64,000 nt of DNA, from positions 3,168,833 to 3,232,832 of the forward strand of contig CAJINV010000005.1 of the NCBI GenBank assembly GCA_905178155.1, written 5' to 3'. The notes under the pieces are model-generated. The model worked only from the letters and a program-made list of their open reading frames with translations, did not search any database and was not told the origin of the DNA. The stretch is from Amoebophrya sp. A120 (lineage: Eukaryota > Protista > Dinoflagellata). Positions 1 to 12,002 of the stretch are shown here, in pieces; position 1 is the first letter of the stretch; every line of letters starts with the position of its first letter. The translations under genes were made by a program, and so were the position numbers.

Positions 1-442
1 TCTCGTTCGTGGGCAAAAGATTCGTCACAAAAGGACTAGCAATGAACATGAAGAAGTTTGCCTTTGCATGCGTACTATAATAACATCGTCAAGCAGTCGC
101 GTCCATATCCATTGCAAGGAAGGACTCTGTATCTTGTTCGTTCATCATTGTTGCGTCCAAATCACCGACGTTCAAGAGACACGAAGGCTACAAATTTGTT
201 TTCTCTGTAACTGCCGATGATAAGTAATTTCATTTGACCAAACAGGATTTGCGTATTTTTTTCCCGGGAAGACGAAGCGGAAAAACGATAAACCTCGACC
301 AAAAAAAATCATCGTGACAAACAAGCCTGTGCCTTAGTGTACAAAAAGCCAATTCCAGAACATTTCTGTTTAGCACGTAGTACCAGTTGTGCCTACAAGC
401 TTTGCTATTGCAGGGTTATCAAATAAGGCAAACTCCACAACA

Positions 443-853
443 ATGGCAAAGATCGCGAAGATCGGCACGGCAGCCGCCGTGATTCTCCCCCTGATGGGTG
501 GGGAGGGAGGCGTTCTCGCCGCCAAGAAGAAAACGGCCGCTACGCACTTCTGGGTCGGCAGTGAATCCTCGCCGATTGGGCTGATGGAAGTGGACCGCGT
601 GGACAAAAAATCCGAGGGAAAGAAGAAGGAAAACAAGACGGCCGAGGGAAAAAAGGAAAAGAAGAAGAAGGAAGAGGCGGCGGAAAAGAAGAAGGAAAAG
701 AAGAAGTCTGCGGGAGAGCTATTATTATTGCCGAAGGACATTGCGACCCAGGTGGCTACAGATGCTAGCGAGGCAAAAGGAAACGTTCAGGCCGCAGCAG
801 GAGCGGTGCAAGGAGCGGCGCAAAGTGCGGCAACCCGGATCCATAGCAGATGA
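443..853 (+). CDS. Small secreted-type Lys/Glu-rich protein, unknown function
   Basis: ATG at 443; hydrophobic N-terminus (MAKIAKIGTAAAVILPLMGGEGGVLA) followed by KKKE repeats; GC-rich codons against AT-rich flanks. Confidence 0.6.
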   Translation: MAKIAKIGTAAAVILPLMGGEGGVLAAKKKTAATHFWVGSESSPIGLMEVDRVDKKSEGKKKENKTAEGKKEKKKKEEAAEKKKEKKKSAGELLLLPKDIATQVATDASEAKGNVQAAAGAVQGAAQSAATRIHSR

Positions 854-1964
854 TGCGGGCAATCCGTTCGCACCATCTGCGCAACCTTGTGAATCTGAAA
901 GCAAGAAAGCAGGCAAATAGCTTCGAGCGTATTCTCTTTGCTTCTTCGTCAAGTTCTCGCTTTCTTTTGTCTTCTCTTTCTTCTTCCCGAAAGAAAGCCC
1001 GATGTTGCAAAGATGGTTTATTTTTTACGTAGATGCTTATGCTTTGCGATGAGTATGTAAATGTATGTATGCTACGGAACCGGTAGTAAGAGTAACTCGC
1101 TCAACCTCAAACCCGCTGCACTGGGATCATTTTGAATGAATATTTTATTTCTACAGTTGCTCGTCAGAGATCGCCATACATGTTCCTAGTACAGTCTTCG
1201 TTGTTTTTCTCCTCAAGTAGTACTCCATCCAGACCGGGCACGAGCTGCCCTACCACTCATGAACCCCAACTGAACCATACCCATAAGTCACGTTAAAAAA
1301 TTTTATGTTTTGCAAAAAACTAAAAATGTTTAGTTTTCGCAAATACGAAGAAATTTAAATTGAAATTCAAATTTTCCCTTGCGATGCCACCCCCTACTCG
1401 ACATTCATTCTAAGTATCTGCTGCTACGTACAGCAGGAAAAATACCTAAAAATACATTTTTTCAAATCATTCCCAACCCCCCTCGACAAAAGTTTGTATG
1501 TTTCATCAACCTCTGTCGACACAAGGCACTGTTAACATACGTTGTGACAGATGATGATGGACGCGATTTTTCTTAACTTTTCCAACCTTATTTATCAAGG
1601 GGGATGACGATGAAGAACCAGGTTGGTGTTTTGGTTTTTACAAAATGGGAACATTTGTATTCCGTCCTGAGAGAATGAACGAGCGAAACCAAACCGCGCA
1701 GAGCGACATCAAAAACGAGCGAATAGGACGAGAGATTTCTCCAAAGAGAAGATATAGGTAATAAATCTTTGTTCCACTGTAATATACTCAGGTCCTGACT
1801 CCTTGCGTGACAAGTTTGCCAAAAAAAAGAGCGCCAATCTCACGTCAGCAGGTTTGCTAAAGTACATACCACTTAACGAAGGGATACCGCAGTTTTCTGC
1901 CCGTGTTCGCCCAATTCAACGTAATCTAGAAACAAAACCGATCGCTCCCCCGTAGAGCACCAAT

Positions 1965-2405
1965 ATGGGCTTCGCTCTGGACCCGTATATGCCGATCACG
2001 GCCGGCGTGGCGGTCGCCGTGTTGACGGGCCATTGCGCCCTGACCAAGATGATGCAGACGGTGATGTTTCGCCTGAAGCTCACTACCACCGCAACCCCGG
2101 AGGCGGAGCGCAACAAGGTCAAGGAGTCCACGTTTTTCAAGCGGGTTTGCTCCGCGCAGCTGAACGAGGCGGAGTACGCGCCGCTCTTCGTCGCCGGGTT
2201 GGGGTATTTGGCTTTGCAGAAATCCCCGTCCCCCACCGTCGCTACGCTCGCGGTGTTCGGGCAAATCTCCTACTACTGGGCCCGGGCCTTCTGCGGCAAC
2301 TCTACCGAGGGCGGCATCGACCCGCCGCCCTACGTGCCGGGCGCGCTCGCGAGGTACTTCGCGCTCATGCTGATGGCCTGGGAAATGTACCTGGTGGCCG
2401 TGTAA
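1965..2405 (+). CDS. MAPEG-family membrane protein (microsomal GST-like)
   Basis: 146 aa, several hydrophobic helices; RVCSAQLNEAEYAPLF matches the MAPEG R-x-H/Q-x-N-x-x-E-x-x-P-x-F pattern; intronless. Confidence 0.7.
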   Translation: MGFALDPYMPITAGVAVAVLTGHCALTKMMQTVMFRLKLTTTATPEAERNKVKESTFFKRVCSAQLNEAEYAPLFVAGLGYLALQKSPSPTVATLAVFGQISYYWARAFCGNSTEGGIDPPPYVPGALARYFALMLMAWEMYLVAV

Positions 2406-3191
2406 GGTGAGGTGGAATAAAGTCTTGTACTTTTGAGGTCGAGCTACGATGATCTGGTATCGATTGGCTTGTGTCAAGCGACACAGTCTTAGACTTACTT
2501 TCCACACAGCATGAACACCCGTTTAGTTCTGATTAACGTCGTTTTACCCGTATGGGCAATTGAAGAAGAAAAATATTTGAATCTGATGCAGGTATCATCA
2601 ATTATGATTATGAAAGAGAAAATTTGGTGGCCGCAATTTTTCAAAAAATTGTTGAACAGATGATAATGGAGTGGTTGTGTAAACAAATAAGACAGGCGGC
2701 ACTAGGTCAGCTCAGTCTATAATTTCGATGAAAAATAGCCTTTGCGATCAACTAAGTTTTTTGCTTGTGGGCCATGAATTTTCATCGATTCACTCACGTC
2801 TCACTCTCGCAAGACCACTACACACGTGCTGGGCCAAGAAGATGCTCAGCTCGGAAGGCGAGCTGCACTCACTGGTAGAAGTCACTGTGTTTTTGTTTTT
2901 GGTTGGTCAACCCGCAAATCGCCTACGCTTCAGGCACTGACTTTTTCGTTTGTGGTACGTGCCATGGTAGAAAACCCTTTGTATCGTTTTCTTCTTTTCT
3001 GGTCGGAGGTTGTATTGGCCCTCGTTTCGTTCAGGCAAATCGTTTCCCTTGTGTATATATTTATACCCTGTTGTCGAATGTCTCTCGCTTGCGCTTTTTG
3101 CTCGTGGTCTGAACATGGCGCTTATGTTTTCCATGAATCGCACTAGGTGGTACTTAGTTTTTTCATACCCGCATGCTTTCTCCTTGACTGA

Positions 3192-3990
3192 ATGCAGTCG
3201 CATTATCTCGTGCTTGGCGTCCCGCGAAAAGCAACACAAGATGTCATCAAGAAGGCCTACCGCGAGCTCGCGAAAAAGTACCACCCGGATCGCAACGCCG
3301 GGCACACGGCGGCCGGCCTTTTTCAGAAGGTTCAGGAGGCATACGACGTGTTGTCGGACGAAAAGAGGCGAAAGGAGTACGACCAGACAGCAGTAAGTTC
3401 GATAAATTTTTCGTAAGTTCCAAAAGCGATTGTATGATTTGCATCTGTTGAACCCGTAATCGTAAAAAAGGGCAGGTGATGAAAAAAAATCAGACCTAGT
3501 CTTTATTTATTAAAATCAGCCTGGCACCTCCAGCTCAAGCAGCTCTTCCTCCTCCAGCACTGACCCCACGAAGGGCCGCCCAGTCGAGGGCAGCTGGATG
3601 GACCCGAACGCCGCCAGAAACCGCAATCCGAATGTCGAACTGGCGAAGAAACTCCGGCTGAAAAAGGAATACTACGAGAAGCACGGCTCGGGCCGGTATG
3701 TCAACCCCGTGACAGGACAAACCTCGGACGAGCACCTCGCACAGTCCGGCTTCCTCTGGCGGTACACGTTTTACTGCCGCCAGATGCTCTTGGTCGTGCC
3801 CTTTTTCGTGTTACCGGTTTCGCTTCTGGGGTTTGTCTTCTGCACCTGCATCGACCATTCGATGACCGGGTTGACAAAGAAAAAGTCGGGGAAAAACCGC
3901 ATCCTGTACGACGAACACGGGAAGGCGTACTGCAGAGACGCGCAGGGGGTCTATCGCAAATTGTCCTCGGCGCTAGATATCGCAGACTGA
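3192..3990 (+). CDS. DnaJ (J-domain) protein with a transmembrane segment in the C-terminal half; exons 3192-3392, 3520-3990
   Basis: HYLVLGV...[17 protein letters not shown]...[14 protein letters not shown]-domain with HPD motif; GT-AG intron 3393-3519 joins in frame to ORF 3598-3990. Confidence 0.85.
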
Positions 3991-4993
3991 GAATATTGCG
4001 AAGGAAGAAGAAGAAAATTTTGGAGTGGATTCTTGAGCATCAACATGTGATCGATAGACACAACTGGATCTTGTCGACGAGGTCATGACCAGTATTTGGT
4101 GGTCCTCTCCCCCGGGGCCGTTGCTATGATTAGTGAGTTCAGTGAACCTTGCAATAGCAGTTACTGCATGAAAATTGTACTACGAACCCTCTGTCACTGT
4201 CGACTCGATTCTTTGTAAGTATCATTGTACTTTCTCGTGTGGAAAATGAAAAATTTTCGTTCTAACAACCGCACTTCCTTCTCTCGGTTTCTACGTCGCG
4301 TACTTCACTATTGATTCGTGGTCCGGATGTTTTAGTGAAACACTTTTAGATCATCGGTTCTCTTGATGTCGTTAAGATCGGTCCTTATTTACAAAAAACT
4401 TGGCAACGAAGTAAAAACGAATGTCGTCCGTCGGTTTTCGTGCGAAAACGAGCCGCGTGCTGTCTCAACACTTCGTCGGTCGTCATCGTCCTACTCCTTG
4501 TCGTTCAAGATTCATGCACACAGTATTAATCCTCTTCTTTTGTTGCAGCTGAGTAATGGACAAATGCAAAAACAAACAGTGTATGACACGAACCATGCTA
4601 CGAAGATTTTTGACCCCACAAGTAAAGTAATTTTCCAAAAGACACCATTCGATACACCCGTACCGCTAGCATTTAAAGACGCAGCACTATTAAAGACCCA
4701 GCAGTAGCATTTAAAGACTAATGAATTTCCTCGACGTATACCTGTCAAAAATAATTATAAGTCTTTCATCTTTAAGAACTTTTCTACACTCAATCCTTTT
4801 ACACTGGAAAATGAAAATGCGTAAGAACAAGCTGCAAGAGCTACGACGAAAACAACAACTCCGAGAAGTACCATTTTAAAAGCAGTTTATTTCTGAGGTT
4901 GCAGCACTTGCACTACACAAGAACGACCACCAGTACCAGTTTCGTCTTTACGTTACGAGTATCCAGCAGTGATCGAACGAAGAAGCAAGCAGG

Positions 4994-7900
4994 ATGGTGA
5001 ACTGGACGAGCTGGCTGCCTTCCCTGCCGAACCCGAGCGAGTACATTAGCAGCACGAGCGACAGCGAGGATCTGGACGGGCGGTGGCAGGCTCAAGAACA
5101 GCACCAGCACCTCCCAGAAGAGGATCTCCCTGGCGAGCTGGATTTCTATTCGACAAACCCAATCGTCGATACAAACTTCTTGGTGCAGAACCATCATCCA
5201 TCAAATGGTCCTCCTCCTCGCGGGGCGGGACAAGGACAACCACTGCATCATCAGCTTCATCAAGGTCACCAAACTACCACGACCCAGCACGTCGTTCACC
5301 ACGTGGTGTACCACCACCACCATTCGTCCGGTCCAGGAACAAGCAGCGGTGGATTATCATCTTCGCATGCGGTTGCTGGGCCCCCGCACGCGCCCCTCAC
5401 CATGCGGGAGGCGATTCAGCAACAGCGGTTGCAGCGCCACCAGGAGGGGAGTGCCATGATGAGGATGATGAATCACAGTGATCACGACAATCTTCACGGA
5501 GAAGTAGATGCTGAAGTAGATCACGGAACATCAGCGTCGGTTACCTCGAGTGCGTTGTTGACAAGTAAAAACAATTTCGAAGATCATGCGTCCGATTACC
5601 TTCCCTCGGAGAGCGGCAACATTGATCCCTCGGAGGCCGGAGAGGAGGACCACGGGAGCAGCGTTGTCAACGAAAGCAACTTTGGTGATGAGGAATCCGC
5701 GTCGCACCAACCCTTTCAGGGCGTCACGGTCCAGAATGACCACACCCACTCCGACTACTCCGGCGAACCCACGACGTCAAATTCTGAAGAGCAACTGACC
5801 TCGTCGCAGTCGGAGGAATATGCAAGAAAAAAACTGTGTAAGTGTAACTCTGTAATGCAGAACATGCAACAGAGTTACACCTGTCATGCCAGACAACCAT
5901 GACCCCCTCTTTTAATGTGTGTTTTCCCTTACAAGCCGCGCATGACAGGTTTTCTCTGTCATGTAGAGCAAATTTGTGATGCTGTTGCTGTCAACCAAAG
6001 AAGGTTACACTAACACAGTTTTTTTCTTGGATAAGGAGCAGGAGGAAAGCAGTACGACCTCGGACGAGCAGGCGGAGCTGCTCGGTCAGCAGCAGATGAT
6101 GACCGGCGGAGCACTATCCTGAGTAAAAACGTACCCACACCAGAGTCAGGATGAGGATTTTGCAACACAAACCTAGGAGTTTTGTGAGTCACGCATGACA
6201 AGTTGCACTATGCAGTGTAGGGCAGGTTAGCAAGTGCAGCCGCATCACAGATTCACCTGCTCATCCTGTTCACAGCATCACAAATTCCAAAACGCGATTG
6301 GAAATGGCTCTCATGGGGGTGCGCGTTAAAAGTCTTTCTGTCTTTGCAAATCTGCATTACAACTCTGGCGTGGGTACGTTTTTACTCAGGATATGCACCA
6401 GGTGTCGTGGCAATCAAGATGCAGAAGATGGGCCAATCCCTGTTGCAGACCTTCCAAAAGAACAAATCGAGAAGCAAAAACATGCGAAACGAGGGGGAAG
6501 CACTCATTCCTGCTATTCCGACGAAGCACCTGAGAGAACCGCAAGAACCAGCGCAAGCGAAGAGTAAGAAGAAGAAAAGCAGAAGCTCCAGCACCGTGGT
6601 ATCTACAACCCAGGAAATAGTACACAAGTCGGACGATAATTTGCGGCACTCGGGTCTCCTCGAGTACGTTGGCAGCCAGCTGGAAAAAGGTGCGACCGCG
6701 ACGAAGAAGAACAAAAAGCAAGAGAATAAAACCGCAGGAACATCAATTGGGAGCGGTCGCGCTTCTTCCAGTACTGCAGGAGACGGCTTGAAGTCCGGCG
6801 CCGGGACCACAAGTGCGACGACTTCCAATAAGCGCCCGTCCGCGCGGGCGGCGAAAGAGGAGACGGGCTCGTTTTTAGACGATGTCTTAGCCTTCACCGG
6901 GTTTCGAGTGGAGGCGGTTGATACAAACAAGGACCACCCGGAGTGGGGGTTCGGGATCAATCGCGGAGAAACCGATAACAAGGTACACTTATATAAAAAT
7001 GGCGGAAATTATCGAAACGCTGTTCATGCATGAATAAAATTTCATTTTCACATTCATTATGTTCGTGTCTCGTTTGTCATTCACGTTGTCTGTCTCTGTC
7101 ATTCTGATTTGCGTCTTGTTCTGTGCGCGCCAACGAAAAAGACATGACTGCTCCACTGGTAGACTGAGACACACCAGCGCGACAATCAATCTAAACCACT
7201 AATCTCACAACAGCGCCTGTCGCAGATGCCGAACAAGATGTCGCCCAAAAAGAAAAAGAAGGCGAAAGCCAAGGCCGAGGTGGATCGCGGCGCTTATAGC
7301 TACCGGTCCTCGAGAGCTTCCAGCCAGCCGCTAAGTGAGATGAAGAAGAGCGACCTAGCAATGCCACTCCAGCAGAACGATGGAAGCGGAGAGGGAATGA
7401 ACCAAACGGAAAGTAGCCATTTTGCCGACCAACAGAATGAACAATCTGAAGATGATGTTCCTTTCGCTCCCTTTCAGCCTTCGCAAAGCTCCATGCTGAG
7501 AGACCATTCCTCGTCGCAGCAGAGCCACGGGTCCATGCACGAAGGAACAAGTACGGCGTTTGGCTTTGGAGCTGCTCCGCAGCCGAAAGTAGCCACAAGT
7601 ACAACTGCGGGCGCCTTCGGTGCAGCTCTTGTCAACAGCAACGCTGGCGGTGGTTCTGGTGCTCCATCCCCCAAGCGATCTTTCTTCACGGGTCGATCCG
7701 GTCCTGGCGGGTTCCAGACGGGTAACTTGACGAACAATAGCGCCACCGTCGGGAAGATTGATACAGGAGCCACTACGAACATGATGTCAGTGGAAGATAC
7801 CCCGTTTGTTCTCCCAGCACAGTATACAAACCCCTCCCAGACACCAAATAGTACTCCGGCGACTAGGAGTAACAAGAATCCGGTACTAAGTAGCTCGAAT

Positions 7901-8395
7901 GTCGTGCGTGGTGGCCTGACCAACAAGATGTTCGCTCACAACAACTACGCGGGGATGGACCAAGTTATTCCCGGCGCTGGTACAACCCACGCAAGCGATC
8001 GCTCAGGCATCAATAGTGTCGCTGGGAAACATCAAAAGGCACCGAATCTTCAAAAGCACATTAGTACACAGCAGCAGCAGCAGCCGTCTTCTTTCGCGGA
8101 AATTTTGTTGCAGGATGTCTACGGAGTGCCAGAGCTGCAGGATCTCCACGACGACGAGACCGATACAACCGTACTGGGGAACAAAAACACCATCACCATG
8201 CACCAAAACTTCAGGAAGACCCGGTATAAACCCGGCTCTTTGAACTACCGGATTTTTGGCCAGGCGAAACTGAAGCGCACGGGGTTTTGCCTGCTCGTGG
8301 TCATGTTCTTCATTTACGTGATTCCAGTGGTCTTTTTGCTCTTTATTCGCTTTTTTGGCCCGGAAGCATTGCGCGTACGGGTTTCGGCCGACTGA
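4994..8395 (+). CDS. Large low-complexity (His/Ser/Gln-rich) protein with C-terminal TM helix; two introners and one GT-AG intron (6983-7213)
   Basis: ORFs 4994, 6344 and 7226 join in frame after removing elements 5819-6033 and 6115-6393 (each plus one 5-bp repeat) and the GT-AG intron; could instead be two genes. Confidence 0.6.
5819..6033. mobile_element. Introner, family C (215 bp)
   Basis: TIR TATGCAAGAAAAAAACTGTGTAAGTGTAAC / GTTACACTAACACAGTTTTTTTCTTGGATA; flanks AGGAA/AGGAG. Confidence 0.85.
6115..6393. mobile_element. Introner, family E (279 bp)
   Basis: TIR TATCCTGAGTAAAAACGTACCCACACCAGAGT / ACTCTGGCGTGGGTACGTTTTTACTCAGGATA; flanks AGCAC/TGCAC. Confidence 0.9.
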
Positions 8396-10154
8396 GAAGT
8401 GGCACAACTGCTCGAGTGGTGCTCAAATTCCAAAATAACCTACAGGAGCACTACTTCTGATCCTACTTTCGAACTTCGATTTTTCGCGTTCTTTTTTTTT
8501 GGGCCTCCCACCCACAGCAGCCGGAAGCGTTTTTTTTTTGAAAAGCGGTCCTTCTGTCCCCGCATTTTTCGTACCTCAGAGCTGTCTTTTACGCTTCAAG
8601 CATAAACTGTTTTCCGATATATTGAAGATTTTTACGCATAATTGACATCTGACATGAAGAAGGTTTGAGTGTAGATTAGTTTTTTGTACTACCAAGAATA
8701 AAGCCGTTTTATATTTGAAGAAAATTCAAGAACCCAATAGTCCCTGCTCCCAAATTATATCCGAAAAATTAGCCCCGACGAGGAAAAGTAAAACCCCCCC
8801 GCACGTTGGTGTTGATTCTAGGATACAGATGTAAAAAGTGTCACTGATTTTTTGCGAGTAGCTGACGAAAATGAACAGCACCCTCACGCTTGCAAGTACT
8901 TGTGCCGCCGCACAAGCTCAAGCACGGTAGTAGATCAATAGCCGCAGGGTGGTCCCAAATTACTTATTGCATCGCACCGAACCCGAAGTGGTCGCGCGCG
9001 CGGGAACAAGAAAAACCACACGAAAAAAGCTAACTCGCAACTAATCGGCAACCTTCAACAAGTAACATGCACAGAAACAGGTAGACTGTGCAGTGCTTTT
9101 GGCAACTGTGCTTGTGCATTGAAGAGCAAAACGCGCAGGTACATTGTCGACTGAAGTAACTGCTTTCGCACGACAAACTTCTTTCAACTCTACTTTGTGC
9201 CTGCGCTGGAACAACAATTATTCGATGCCAGTATGCCTACAAATACGGACGATTTTTGTTTATTTTTTGCACGTCGGTGCTTGTACTTTAGCTTTACCTT
9301 TTTATTTTTTTTCGATTTCGATTTTCCCCCCCCCCTCACGTGTTTTTTTAACTTTGTTGTTCGACTTTCTCTTTCGCTTCTTCTTGGACTCTTCTAGCCC
9401 GGATATATTTATTGTTCATGCCTTGCTCGTTTATTTCTATTTGACAAACTACAGAAAACGAAGCACTCGCTGTTTCTCTTTGATCTCTGACAGCTGCACC
9501 ACATCGAATCTCAGAGAGGTAGTTTAGCCGCGCAAGAATGGCTTCTGTTGACCGCGGTTCGTTGCTGGCGTTATTGTGTTCAACGAACTGTCGAAAACAT
9601 ATAGAAAATCGGCTTCGGCACGGTACGCTCGAACATCCAAATCGTATCTATGTGAATCAACGAAGGTGTACACCATTCTATGGAAAAATCGTAAGTCTGA
9701 CTTCGTAGGATTCGTGAAAGCATCACATCTGGCGAAGGTGAAGAAACAAAGATCATTCGTCGTAGCATTCTCGCTTATTTAAATTGTGGTAACTGCAAGC
9801 AATCGTCAAAGCAATCGTCTTCCTGGGTCAGTCGTGTCTAGGAAAAGTCCCACCATTGTGGTCCCTGAAAGGAAAACTTGTGAAGTAGCCGTTCGTTTTG
9901 AAGCACAGATGGGTTCGTTGTCATGCACCTGCTCAATGTCATTGACACAATGCTTGTGCCACTAATATATTATCGTCAAGAACTCTGGATCATTGTTTCG
10001 TCTTTTCCTTTTCTGAACAGCTTCTTTAACGAAGATTTTTTTCTTGCGTGCTCTTAAAAGTAAACGGGGACACAATCTACGAAGTTTGCTCCCCGGGAAT
10101 TTTCCTTCTGAAAACGACTTCGATTTGTACAACTTATTGTAGAAAGCAGCAAGA

Positions 10155-10967
10155 ATGAAGAAGCCCGGCCCACCCCCTGGCGGAGGCGGCAAGCCGATGA
10201 TGATGATGATGCAACAAGGAAGTGCGAAAGGTAGCTCCAAAGGCTCTGTCTACGGTGCTGCAGGCGGTGCACCCGGGAAGACCAGTGTTTACTACGGCAA
10301 AGGCGCGAAACAAATGATGCAGCAGGTGCTGTCCCCGAGAACAACGGCCTTGCAGATGCAGCAACAACAAATGCAGCAACAGCAAATGCAGCAACAGCAG
10401 CAGCTGATGTCACCGAGGTCCACGGCAGCCATGCAAATGCAGCAACCCCCAAAAGTGTCGACAATGAGCGCCGGCGGAATGCAGCGAGGGACGGTAGCAC
10501 CCTCGGAGGCGTACTATGGATCCGTGTACGGTGGAAATAGAGGGTCAGGCGCCGGATCAATGGGCAGCAGGGGTAAAGGATCTTCGCTGTCCCGTGACCA
10601 GCGGTTCTTCATCGGAGACGAAGAAGATGAGGAATACGAAAGTATCTATTTCAGTGTCATGTTTGTATTTTGTATGACGAATGCGATGAAATGCCAATAC
10701 ATCTAGAAATATTTAGACTTAGAGATGGAAAACAAACAAGATAGAAACTGATTATCCAAAAAACTACTTCAAATATCAGGCGACCTGTGGTGCTATGGGA
10801 AGACAGGGGCTTTTTGGAAAAAGTTGATCACCTTCTGGTGCATATGCTTTTTTCTCCTCCTGGCTTTCATCATCTGCATGGCCCACCCGATGATCGGCTG
10901 CCGAATCGGCGGATGCTGCGAAGCCGGGGAGTGCTGCGGCGCCACGCCGCCAGGGCAAGCGCCATGA
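10155..10967 (+). CDS. Met/Gln/Gly-rich single-pass membrane protein with Cys-rich C-terminal tail; exons 10155-10641, 10780-10967
   Basis: GT-AG intron 10642-10779 gives ...EEYES DLWCYGKTGAFWKKLITFWCICFFLLLAFIICMAHPMIGCRIGGCCEAGECCGATPPGQAP*. Confidence 0.65.
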
Positions 10968-12002
10968 TTGAGGGAAGAAGATCGATCTTGTTTGTTGTTT
11001 TTTGTAGCCGAAAAAATTTGGCCCGTCAAGGGTTCGAAATCAAGTATTGAGTAGATATGATGTTGAACGGTTCCAATCTTCGATTTTTTGCAATTTTTAC
11101 ACCTATCACCTTTTGTTTGACTTGTTTAGCACACTTAGCATCATGATGAAATCACTGGTCTTTTCACAACTGTACGATAGCATTTACATTACACTTGTTT
11201 ACGACTTTGTTGGATGAAAAATTTGTTGAGGAGAGGTTTATGCGTAACAAAACTTAAACTGTAACTTAAGTTGTGGTATAGGTATCGATTCGACTAATAC
11301 CCAGCGACAGGAGCCGGCTACTCATCGGGAGAAGTTCCCCCGCCGTGCCCGCTTGCACAGTCTTGTACTTACATCGTATCGCCTGCAGGAGCGTTGTTTT
11401 GCGAAAAGGATTTTTGCGGTAGCGGTTGGCTAGCATGTAAAAATCCATTGTCTCGTCTTGTTTTTGCAAGAATCGTTGCACTACGTAATACACGAACGAA
11501 CTACGTCGGGTCGTTGAAAAATAGCAACTGAGAGAAAAAAAAGAACATCGCGTGGTGAGGCTGAGGACTACTTTCTTCGTGCACACATGCCGGAAAATGA
11601 AAGGGAACACAACCATGTACCGAGAGAAGAGAAGTCCTACTAGCTATTTCTTGAAATAAGATCCATCGTGGCGCAGCACTACTAAGTCTAGGTAGCAGCT
11701 AGCGCCTGTTTGGTCGTCGTTGCTGAAAGTAACTGCCGGACTTTCTACACGAATTCACCTAGAATTTTTTTTTTGGGGGGGACCACAATACGGAGACGTA
11801 GCAGCAACAGGAACAAGGGAGCCAACGATTAGGGTCCTCTCTTGTGTTCTTCCCTGTTGCTGTTTATGTAACTACATAAAGAGGCTCTATACAACAACTA
11901 CAATAATGGTATTCTCGGCGGATCCGCCGTTGTTCACGACGCCTCCTGGCCGGCCTACGTGTGGCAGTTGAGAGGTGAACCGGGACAAACTAGTTCGTCC
12001 CC